From: Phoronis australis
Taxonomy: Eukaryota > Animalia > Phoronida
Assembly (NCBI GenBank): GCA_002633005.1
Contig: NMRA01000185.1
Span: 531,399 to 595,398 of the forward strand
DNA: 64,000 nucleotides
Reading direction: 5' to 3'
Part shown: positions 40,215 to 52,788 of the stretch, piece by piece
Layout of the letters: each line of letters begins with the position of its first letter
Numbering within the stretch: position 1 is the first letter of the stretch
The notes under the pieces: generated by a model
Seen by the model: only the letters and a program-made list of their open reading frames with translations
What the model was told of the DNA's origin: nothing
Database searches by the model: none
Program-made: the position numbers and the translations under genes

Positions 40215-42551
40215 TCCGATCAGCTGCTCCGTGCTGCTCTGTGACAACAGTCTCACCTGTAAATGCAGCTAAAATCAGGTCTAATCTCAGTAATGATCAA
40301 GATAAGACTAACTTTATTATGATAAGCCGCCTTAACAAAAGCTGTTTTTTTTACACAAGGCGTGGGTTTATTGCTCTAGACCTCAATAAAATCTAATAAT
40401 GGAAAGCACAACTGCCGTAATTTCAAAAATCATTAAACATAATCTAGTAATAAGCAGATTATATTTATAAAAATTTAATTCAAGTGCCAGGCACTGATGT
40501 TAAAAATCGCCCACAATATGACAAGAGCTTCCACACAGGCCTTCAACTAGAGGGCGCCCAGGGTTGTCGGAACGGACAACGTGATTTAAATTGAAACACC
40601 CAAGACAGGACATCCTATTTGGCATTAGTTAACGACCAAGTAAAGTAACCAAGGTTGTCTTATTCAACTTGTCAGCAGTAGTTTTGGGAGCTCATAGGCT
40701 TGACAAGAATTTTAAAAGTTGGTTTTGAAATGATATGATACAAAAATTTTAGAGCAGAACCACGTCTCCACAACAGCACGCCACACAGCAATTTGCCTTG
40801 GGTCATAGAAACAATGCCTGACGCATTACTGTCACCGACGCTCTGAGATATTGGGAAACCCATTCTGGACGCCCTATTTCAAAAATCCTGGATCAACCCC
40901 TGATTCTAAATTCCTCGAACATCTGGCCACAACTCATCCCAACCACTAAGTAGGACCTTGTAAAAACAGTCAAACTTGTCTGACTTCTATCTTACCTTAC
41001 AAAAAGCAATGGGATTCATATCAAACTTTCACATACTATGCCTTATCCCTTTCTCACAATCCTTGTTCAGAAGTAATTTAAAATGTTCCAACATTTGCAT
41101 GAAAGGCTATAAAAATAGGACTTTTAATATGATTTTCATGAAAAATCTGAAAAGTTGCATAAAGCAAGAACTAAATATTTTACAAAATGAAACTGTAACA
41201 GCATTTTTGACATCTTACCTCAACAATTTACATTAAATTGTGTTATTGATACCGTTGTTTTGCAATGCATGTTATGGGCATTCATGTTCTCCTTTTTGCG
41301 ATGGATAATGTGCAGGTGTTGCTTTGTGTACCTGTACAGGAGAGTGTAGTGTTTAACAGCACTAGCTTTAGACTACGAAAAATATCTCTTTTATTGGATT
41401 GCAAATGAAATGTTTGTTAATTAGTTAATTAGTTAATAACTCAAAGGGCAAAACAACGCAGACACATTAATTTTCCAGATCATCAACATAACCGAACCAC
41501 TTGGATCTCCAAAGCGACTTCGACGGCAAACCCCAGAGCAAAAAATAAAACGGGTCGTAACAAAAAGCAGCCATGTGTTCTCTGATGTATTAACTTGATT
41601 ATCAACCCACACAAACCATTGGAGAATTAGTATCTTAAGCTCTACAAGCTCTTTAACCCAGTGCAAATTGCTAACTGTTCAACAACATGGCCTAATTCTG
41701 TCAGTGTATGTGTTTTGCTTGTAATGACGGACTGGGAATTTGAAACTGAACCTCAGCACTGTGTATGATGAGGAAGGATTAAGGAATCAAACACAAAATT
41801 TGTAATTTTGTATTTATTTATTTTACAGAAATTATTATGAAATGTTTTACTATCCAAAAATCTGTTTAAAGTTAGGTAGGACCCTAAAAAAATGTTCAAT
41901 TTGGGCTAACTGTGGAACATAATAGCTCAGAACGGAGTCAAATGAAACTTTAAGATATTATGCATGGGCACTGCTCTCCAAAACACTATGAGGAATTATT
42001 TTTAAAATGTTGAACCTTTGTATGAGACTATAAAAAGGGGACTTGATTTTTGCACAAAAACTTCAAAGCTGCATAAAACTAAAAAACTAGGAGTATGAAA
42101 ACAGTAACAGCATTTTAGAAATTTTATCTTGAATATTTACGTCCTGTGAAATTTGATCGTGTAATTGATCCTGTTGTGAACCTACCCTTCTTATTTGCTT
42201 AAATTTTCTAAAAAGCAGGATCATGTGAGCTTATTAATGGCAGATTGGTATAAAGTCAACAATCAAATTCTACACAATTTCTGATTTCAGAAACTATACA
42301 CTTTTGCTAAGTTGAATTCAATAATGTTGTAGATATTTAGCTAAATGTGCTTGTCAATAAGGTCCTACATAAACAATACTGCATTAACATATTAAACTTG
42401 CCGGGGACTAGCCGCCCAGGGCCCCTAAATTGAGGAACTAAAAATGGAGGTTACATATAGCATGAGTGTTTACAAACAAAATTTTGAGAAGTAAGGTGAC
42501 CATTTATGCAAACGTCAATTCGGGCTCGAACGCCGTACTCCGTAAAAGTTA

Positions 42552-44549
42552 CCGTAAACGTTCGGGTTAATGCCCATGCTCAATTAACCAGCCACTCACT
42601 ACTTGAGGTGGATTTTCGATTTAACCACCCACTACTTGGTTAAGCGCCCCACTGCGATTTTTGAAAATTTCCAGTTAAGCGCCCACCCCTCGGTTAAGCG
42701 CCCATCCCCAACTTTTAAAGAATGAAGATTTAGCGCCCAGTGCTAAGGAAACGCGCGATTCTCCGACTTTTAAAAAAAAGATCGATGATCACAATGAGCG
42801 TAACGACGCCGGGCCTCTCAGACGGTGGTTTAGCAATGTGAATTACAATTATACAAGTAACGAGTTATTATCTTGGGTCATGGGCTCACTTCAAAATATA
42901 ATACTTGAACATTTTTGTCACTTTATTTTCTTCCCATGTTTGCAAAGTTTAAGAATGCCATCGGCGTCAAAACCTCCGCTTTCAGCAACTTTGTCTGCCG
43001 CGCTGAGTTTCCGTCTGCAGTGCACTAGATAAAACATATATTCGAAAAAAATCAGGCCAGAGAAATGAGGCAATGGTTTTGCCAAACCTCCAAATTCTAT
43101 ATTCTTCATTCGAGTCTGAAATATCTACGACGTAGTAGACTGACTGAAAATTGGCGATAGTGGGTAGGTGATGCACACAGCTGGCTACGGGCATGGGCTT
43201 AGGGAGCATCGAGCCGGGAAATATCGGAATTGAATTGACATGCAGTTTTGGGGAACATTGACAATGGAGGAATATCATAAAGAACTGGGCCTTTCGTAAC
43301 AACAGCTTAAAAATCACCCCCGTTTCTGTTACTTAGGACTGTCGCTATTCTCTTGATGTGTGACTTTGTAGTGGTGCACGCGCGCAAGTTCCCACACTTT
43401 GGAGTGCATGTTACCTTGACACCAACATGTGATTGACAGGTGACTCACACGTAGGCCCTACGTGCGTGCTGAATCCCGCCGCTATCTTTTGCCATAAAGA
43501 ACGAGATGCATATTGAAAGAGGCCGTTATCACGATTACCTGACGGCATTTCCAAGTCACGATTGCCAGCCGACTGAGACATTACGCACTAACAGCGGGAC
43601 CGAACAGTGCCGCAGTGCAATATTGCAAGTGATATGAATAGGATAATCTGGACATCTTGCATGAAAAATAAATGTTTTTCGAGCATGAAGTTTGGTAAGG
43701 TGATTGTTTAAGAATGAATTGAAACATCGCTGTTTTGTGGCGTTTTATCACATATTTATGACAGCCGCTTAACCCCGATTCTTGCCTTGGGCCTACTTCT
43801 TTGCCGAGCATGTTTGGCGCAACGGCAAGTGAGCAATGCCGGGCGGTCGAGATAAAACAGCAAGCCACAGAACCATACGCTGAAAATGTCATTGAGTCAC
43901 GGAGTGTCGACTATAAACATCCCAAACACAAAAAACATCTGAATTAAGATTTTCAAACTCTTATTACAACCAATTTTAAAACTGCTCTCTCACTATGAAC
44001 GTGGCAGCTAGTACGAGACTAACCATAAATTTGATGTCTGCTGTGACCTCTGCAACACGTGAAGCTTGCACGTGCGCACTTTAGCAAGGCCACATCTTGA
44101 AATAGTTGCAATCCAAGTAGAGGCTGCATGGTCACTGGTTGTCTGTGCTCTACAGGACAAAGTAACAAGACCGCAGGACGGCACGGGGCTATTACTCAGC
44201 AATTCTGTAAATTTAATAGTGAATAACTAATCTGAGGGCAAGAGAACCTTTGTTGGGATCATCCACTGTTATGACATTTTTCCCGTCATGTGGCGACGTG
44301 ACAATAACGCTCTTTGAAAAGAATGCTACGCATTCCGAGTACGTGTGTGGTGAGGGGACTTAGATCACGAGGTAAGATTAACCGCCCAGGGCGGTTGCCT
44401 GTCATAATAAGCGCCCATATTCGGTTAACCGCCCACCCTGGATTTCTTGAAATTTCACGTTTAAGCGCCCATGTCTGGTTAACCGCCCACCCCCGATTTT
44501 TTGGGTTTGCCAATTTAACCGCCCGGGGCGTTAACCCGAACGTTTACGG
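42552..44549. mobile_element. Tc2/pogo-like non-autonomous element, family B (2.0 kb)
   Basis: TA|CCGTAAACGTTCGGGTTAATGCCC ... GGGCGTTAACCCGAACGTTTACGG|TA (23/24 TIR match). Arrays of TTAA(C/G)CGCCCA near both ends. No transposase ORF. Confidence 0.9.
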
Positions 44550-47500
44550 TAACTAAAACATAGAAGTGATAACAAGTATTTTGTCGTATGAATAAGGAAA
44601 GGTGTCGCACAAATTCTGACTGTATGTTCCTCAAAGGTAAGTTAAAATTCATACAAGATGTTTGCTTTCAATAAAATTTCTACCCTGTAAATTGGTGGGT
44701 GGACGGTTTGGACCCAGACAAATAAAACTAAAATGCCAAAATTAAAAACAATGCTATAATTAGGTGAAATTTACGTAGCATTGTAAATTACTAAGCAGTT
44801 CGCAAATGATTAGCTGGCCATGGACCTGGTCAATCCTATTCCTTTTGAACTCCTCGGGAGCATGCAATGGGTGTAATCGTGGTCAGAGCACACCCATTAA
44901 TCTAAACACAAAATTCTGTAAAAAATTCAAGCGCTAAATTATCCCTGTGGTTACCTGAATCAAAAAAAAAGCTCTGCAAAACTTTTGAACCTGTGCATTC
45001 CTATTCTTATTTATGGGTCAAAATCATGCTGGTGATAAGTAATCACTAAACACTTGAAAAGAACTCGACATTGAAAAGGCATTCAATTTGATGTTGCTTG
45101 CCTGTCAACAGAAATGGAAAAATGTCACCATATTGTGTCCTAAATTAGTGACATGTTATCACAGTCAGTACTGACTACACAGCCCCCTATTTTGGCTGAC
45201 CTGGTCACAAAAGGACTGGACAATAAGAAATGTCAACAGAGATAGGACCAGTCACTCCTGGTCATAATAAACAGATATCACCACAGTGTTTATTGTTTGT
45301 CTTACTGACCAGCCACTGAAGCCAGGAGTGGCATTTTATCCAGGTGAATCAGTGGTGTTGAGAGGCTGGGAGGTGTACTAATGACTAACTATTCTTGGAA
45401 CTGTTGAAGAATGTACACAGGAAAGTCAAAAGGGAGCAAATAGCAGGATGACACAGTGTATGGCTCATACTACCATGTACCACAACTATTTAAAACCGGC
45501 TTTAAGTTTAATTTTAAAAGCCAGAAAAGCCACCAGGTTTACCCACTTCAAAGAGGACTCAGCTGCAGTGAAGATTCTGCTCTATGTATGCTGCATCATA
45601 GGGACATGGTTCTATAAGCAAACGCTGTGCGCCTGTGGCTAGAAGTAAAAAAACAAAAAACCTCGAGTAAAATGCCCAGCCTCCTATTTCTACCCTGACC
45701 TCTTTAATGTGAACAATTAGAAGTTCCAGGCGAGAAATAACCGTAGTTAATAGCGTATTAAAATACTATGCTGACCACCAAGAGCTGAAGTTGTACCAGT
45801 ATGAAGTTACTTTGAAAATATTTCAAAGTGGAACTTCCACGCTAACTTCCTACTTCTGCGATTGCTTGGTCAAATTTAAGTTAGAAACACAACATCTAGC
45901 GATGATGTGAATATGAAGTAGGTTGAAAATTGCCAAATGTTTTTAAGAACGAGTTTTGTGGCGAAAATGATGCGCAGCAAATCAGTAAACCATGTCCAGC
46001 AAGTATCATGATGCGGGCTGTGTGAGCCTGCAAGGTACGTCATTAGTGCAAAGGTCACCTATTTGAACAATTTTTTATTTTCGCATTTACAAGTTGTCAG
46101 TGAATACAATTGCACTTTGTTTAGCATAGATTATGTTCAAATAGCATAGTCACTTAGTTCCTGTTGTACTTAAGTATAGTAAGGAGCATGCAAATACATC
46201 TTTAAATGAAAAAACAATTTTGTTTCATGATTGTGAACTACATAAACAAGATATCTGCTCCTAAAAATAGAAACGAGACCAATGTGAAGGAAATTAGCAA
46301 AACATAAGCATATGCTTAATAACTTCATGTACATAATACATTTGATCTCGGTAACAGGAAAATATCTTATCTTACCTAAGTTGAGTTACACCTCCAATGT
46401 TTACTAATTTTTGATTGGCCGATGCAGTCGGGACTACTTTCAAATAGAGAGGAAGTCAAGCTTCCTAGAAATATGCTAGAGTAATAACCACATGCCTAAA
46501 TTGGATACAGTTGGACTTCCTTGTTAACATAAGGATAATGGGTCATAGTTATCACAAATGCGCTATCTTGAGGCAAACATGCACCAAATAAAAGGGAACA
46601 ATGGCTGCATTAAAAAGACATGATCGGACAAGAATTGAGTGCAAACGGCTTTTGATAAATCATCCATGAATGGAATTTTGATTCAACAGTCTTAAGTTTT
46701 TGACATGAAGTTTGCAATCCAGAGCAGTCAATATGCCAAAGGGTTGATTGTTATTAACTGTATAATCAGTTTGAGAATTGTAATACTCACAGTGAACACA
46801 GGGCAAAGGGAAATAAACCTGCCCTTAATTATACAGTCTGCAGATGCACTACCCCTGGACAGACTGTGAATGACAACACATTTTAAAAAATCAAGACAAG
46901 TGTTGTCCTTACTATTAATATTTTAGAACTGCACTAGACAATAACATCAAATCAAGTAGCATGCAGGTAGTATTTGACATACACTTTATCATGCTGTGTC
47001 TGACATCTGAAACAGATGCTAAAACACAGACCAAGGCTCAGTGTAGACAGTCTATTTTCTAATATTTTGTATTTTCATTTACTATTCCGAAAAACTACTG
47101 CAACACTTTTTTGTCCCAAACTATGTAGGCACTAACTAGAATATCCTCTCTCAATAGTCACGTCGGGGATGCGGTAGCCAAAGGAATGGGGCAAAGGGGA
47201 CGTGCAGCTGAGATGGGGAGGGGGGTCATTTTTTAGTATTCTAGGTCACCTTTTTACCATTTTGAAATTAATTTGTGACGGATTGTAAGAGGGCATCAGA
47301 ACTTAAGGATGTGCCAGAGAGCACTGTTCTTGCTTGACAAGTTTCAGCCTAATAATGCTCTGCACCATATTGACATGATTTTTAAAAGTGTGAAAAATCC
47401 AGTTAATCTGGCTTAAGGAACCAGAAATTAAAATTCAAATCATCACCAGGATAGGGCCATAATTTGGGGTAAATAAACCCAGGTGAGGCAGAAATTTGAA

Positions 47501-50500
47501 TCATATTTTATTCCTCTTCTAACAGGTATAGATGTACCAAAAACAATTCTACTCTTAGTGTAAACATTGCTGGTGTTTTTTCTTTATTTTGGCCTGGCAT
47601 AAATATGGCTCCAGATATAGAAGAATAACCACACTCCCCTAAATTAAAAATATGACCCTCCCAAGGATGACGTTCTCCTTCTGAGTTTGAGAAGCTCTCT
47701 CTTTTTAGTTCTTACTATTTTTCATATAGTACTCAAACCAAAGGACTATTTCTTACCCCATTCATATTGTTATTGATCGGAACAAAGATCAATGTCAATT
47801 CACTAGTTTTTTGTTTTTAGTTTTGGTTTGTAAAGAGTTATTACAATAGAAGGACACAAACCTCAAACTGCTCAATATAGACTTCATATCCAAGAGAGCT
47901 AGTCAAGCTTCTATGAAAATAATGCACAGTAAAACACCAAAAATTCATGACCACAACCACTTCATGAAATCCTTCAAAAGAAGCTTTTTGACATCTGCAT
48001 CCATATCAATCACTGACAAAAAACAAAGTATGAAGTTACAGCGACTACAGTGGACAGCCCCTGCAAACAATGTAGTTCTACTACGCGCCACCAGAGGGGG
48101 TTTCTGTACAGGCCACATATTGAGATCAATGTATACCTGTACTCGTGACAGTCCAAGTTTTGATCAAGGTCATCATAAATTTGTTGAAATCTGACAGACC
48201 ATCAGCAACTCATTAACATGCTGTGTTCTCCCAATACCAAGCTGCATAAAACTTCTAAATTAATCCATGAAAATTTGACTATATAGCATGCCGGTTTATT
48301 CAGTGAGATATGGAAGTGTGGCGTTATTTGATGTTTTTCAATGCATACATAAATTTTGCGCAACCAGTCCAACATTTAAGACAAATAAAAAAGCAAATCT
48401 TTATCAGATGAATATTAAGTTAACTTGAAGTAATTGATCAGTTATTGGCAGGAGCAAGATTACAAATATAAAATGTCATTTGTTTATTTTTACAAACTTA
48501 GGGCACTTCAGACTTTCTAATAAAGTATTGTAACTGAGTAAATAAACAGGCACTATTCTGGACCCCCCAAAACAAAATCTTTGTATTTTTGACAATTTAT
48601 ATCAATACGGTAGATACAATCTAATCATGTAAGGAAAACCAAGCTAATCAGTGTAGAGAGACTGAGCAATAAGTCACCCAGGCTTTCATTAAGTCCTCAA
48701 CACCATGGTAACATTGGTGAAGTGAATGCCCTCATTATGTAAGACTTCTACAAGACATTGCCACCTTCCAGCCTTTGTACACTTGATGGTTGGAAGACTG
48801 GCACTTAACTATGAGAAATTAAAAGCATCAACCATTCACAAGTCATTGGGTTGCAAGCATCAAGTCCCCAACTTTCCAGAAAGCAGGAAATGAAGGGAGG
48901 ATGTTGTGCAACTTCGGAAGGCATCGAAAAATGAAGGCAAACAAGCAAGCAAGCAAGCAAAGGGACCACCAGTATGGGTTGAAACAAATTAGAATCTGTC
49001 ACACAATTATTTCAAAATTCTTAAAAATAGCGACTCCAAGAAGTTCGCATAAGTTCACAATAAACATGGAGATGTGCTACATGTCATATACCAGTAAGTA
49101 AATAAAATTATAAATCTTGCATGTTTTAATAAAAGTGCAAGATTTCAGTTTAAAATGTGGGGAAAATGTCAAACAAAATGTGCACTGCATCACAGAGAAA
49201 AGACCAATAACCCCAACTCATTTTGCAACCTGTGTCACAACTTGAAGAAAAAAAGGCATTCAACCACATCTAAAATCAGTCAAGATCTCCAACTTTTTCA
49301 GATTTTTTGAAAAGCTCCACAAAAGAAAACAGGTAAGGTTTGCTCAAGGGTTGCCTCAAAACTTATCCGCTAGATAACTTTTTACGGGTCATTAGGCCAC
49401 CCCCCCCCGAAATGTCCTGATTTTTACTAGGTTTAAACGTCGACTCTCGGCTTAATGCCCAATTGATGCAATCAACAGTTCCTTGGAAGTGTGGCTCTCA
49501 AAATAATTTTTCTCCCAAAGCCCGTGATACTCCCTTACACCTATCATTTACATTCATTTACAGTCAGCCAATGTTTTATTTCAATTTTCTTTTATGAGAA
49601 GTCGGTTGTTAATGTAGCTTCCTTAACTCAATCGACCGTTCGTGCAATTGCCAACCTCGACTTCTCAGAAATTTTGTTTTTAAATGGAGGCTCAGGTTAC
49701 GGCTCACCCCCCAATTTTGAGTTTCCTCAATTTAAGCACCCTGGGCATTGATCCGGATGAATACAGTACTTAAAAAAATCAACTTGATTGCATAGAATAA
49801 AACTCTTAAATAAGAAATTGCTTAGCACTCATCTAATTATGACCGACCAACACCTTTTAATGAATAATTGAATTTGAGTGAATTCTGGGAAATTTTTGCA
49901 GCAAAAGCGTCTCCATGACAACGCATGTCACTGACCTGCACAGCTAAATTTGAACGCGCAGATATTTTAATTCACAATTCTTATGCAACCCATTCTATTC
50001 TGTATTAAATGAGCACGTAAGATCGATGAACCAAGAACATGTTGAAAGATCACCCCTATACATGAAATAGAAATAGAAATAACTATAAAAAGATTTACAC
50101 CAGGACAGGCATAGTACACCCATTTAATGATTACATAATTCTGCAACCAAATACTGTGGGTTTCTCAGCAGACCATTTGCACATGCACTGAAACTCTGCC
50201 TCTGAGTAAGCTTTTTTGAAGATTACAAAGATCTTGCGAAGTTAAAGACTTGACAGTTCAGACTAATAAATGGAGATTATATGCATTATGGTAATAAAAG
50301 AAAATTATTGCAATGACATGCAGTGACCCTCAAAACTCGCACAAATCACAATACATTAATATCAGTTATTAGTATTTTTATGTTGACCTTTGCACAAGAT
50401 TTGTAAAAAATGTTCAACAACGGCATGGTATCAATTTTGTTTCCATGACAAATATAATGCCAAGGAATAACTGACTAACTGGATTGTAGGTCAACACGTC

Positions 50501-52501
50501 TGCAAAAAACTATAGGACAATGAACCCTACTACCAACTGACCACACACTGACCATGCTGACCAATAACATAAGTATCCTGTCAATTGTAGTACAAGTGTT
50601 CATTTATACTAATTCCAGCTTGACCATTACTTTTTCTCAGTCATTTTGTTCTAGTAAAAACATTTTCCTCACCTAAGCTGCAGAGGTCAAAGGCTGACCA
50701 CTGGTTACTCAACCCCTTCTATTTTATATTGAAATACTGAATGTCACAAATGAACTTGCACTGTTTAAACTCCTGACCTTCTCCTGGGGGATGTACCTGC
50801 TACCTCACAATGCACAGTTGAGAACCATGAATGTAACCTCCATTTTTGTTTATTTCTTTGAGATTCATAAACAATAATAATCATAATTTTTCCTGTTTAG
50901 ATCTCAGAGAGTACACGAGACTTTGTACACAAAAACGCATACTAAAATTTTCATATGATAAAAATGAAGAAATACTTGGCATTATGTCCCTATAAAAGTA
51001 TACCTGAATCTTAAAAAAAAAACAATTCCATCTGTTTTAAAAGCAAATTTCAATCACAATTACAACACAAAACAGCTACAGCTTCTGCAATTAAATTTGC
51101 TACTCAAATCCCCCAGGCATGCAAAAAGATGCGTCCATTATAATTAATTACCTATCCATTGACTTGTGACTGGTCAAGATGACCAGGTCGTTGAACGCAG
51201 GAACTACTTTCAGAAGTGGGATGGCAAATGGGAGGAGCTATCAGTGTCTATGACAACTACTGGACAACTGGACTAAGGCATAACTACTTTTGGTATATAG
51301 GTATACGTGGGATGAGTTTGCTTTTGAAAGCAGAATTATAAGACAGAAAACTGAAGTTAAAAATATGCGTTAAAATATATCAATTGAGGACACAATATGC
51401 CAGAAAAGTAAAATTTTATTTTTTCATTTTTTTCCACAAAACTTCAGTAGCACTGAATAGATGCTTTATCATTTTTAAGTTCTATGCAACAGCAAGCATC
51501 AGCTAAAGTTTTGTGAAACAGTATGTATCCATAGTAATGTTACAAGGTCAATTATTTTTGTTCGAATTTGATTTTACGGTACTATAAAATGAAACAGATA
51601 AGAAATAACGACAATTCCACAATGTTACACTAACACTGTCAAGATTAGTTCTTTCAAAATAACCGATTGTCTGTTCCCAATAAAAAGAAAGAATGTGGCA
51701 CAAAAACACCTTTGTGCGCCGATGTCATGCCCACTGCCTGCAGATAAAATGGAAAATAGTTGTCTACAGGTCTCAATGGAAACCTGGTCAAATTTCTCAA
51801 ATGAGGTTTTTCTAAAATTCACAAAGTATACACAAGTCTGCCTTCTCCATTACCAAAGCAGTGCAAATCCTTTATCAAGGCAGCTATAAAATAAAAAACC
51901 CAGAATTTAAGATGAAATGAGGCCAATCACAGCAAGAAGTGACTTCAGTATTTTCACCTCTGAACTGTTACATAACCACTGTGTCATCGACCGCAAGCAA
52001 CAACCAACAACTCCATCTATCATCTCGAAGTAAAATACGGGCACATGTAGATCAGAAATCCATTTTTCATTCAAGCTTTCATTAACCTGACCAGATGCTG
52101 AGTAATGGGTAGGATGTGTGTTTACATCAATGCCTAACATGTCATTAAGGACAGGTAATGATAACAGGACACATTCACATGTCCACACAGATTGCACAGA
52201 ATGGGTTTCTGAAATGGTGCAAATAAATACAACGCTGATTTAAATTGATTCACATTCTCCGACTGCAAATCACCTAGTAGAATAACTATGGTCACGTGAG
52301 AAATAAATCACTGGTGAAAATTTTATAATCTGCAAATTGTTTGAAGAGTATAATTTCAGTTGTCAAACTGAATAAAATTTTATTTTGTAGTTTGTATGGT
52401 TTTTCCTCTACACTGTCCTTCAGCACATCACTATTGAGACACACTTTGAAAATTGGAAAATGGCAAATAACCACTTCTGCTTGAAGTTGAACCATATTTT
52501 A

Positions 52502-52788
52502 CAGTATGGTACAATACACGCAGTAGGCCCCAGTATGGTGCATTACATACTGTAGGCCCCAGTATGGTGCATTACACCCTGTAGACCCCAGTATGGTGCA
52601 TTACACCCTGTAGACCCCAGTATGGTGCATTACACCCTGTAGACCCCAGTATGGTGCCTTACACTCTGTATGCGCCAGTATTGTGCATTACATGCTGTAG
52701 AACCCAGTATGGTGCATTACACGCTGCAGATCCCAATATGGTGCATTACATGCTGTAGGTTCCAGTATGGTGCATTAAACACTGCAGA
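52502..52788. repeat. ~29-30-bp minisatellite, about 10 units
   Basis: Unit approximately CAGTATGGTGCATTACACCCTGTAGACCC. Central copies are near identical; edge copies are diverged. Confidence 0.95.

Noticed and set aside
40078-40396. His-Thr repeat ORFs
   Set aside because: Translation of the (CA)25 microsatellite.
50790-50810. let-7-like TGAGGTAGCAGGT on the minus strand
   Set aside because: Diverges after ~13 nt and has no hairpin partner.
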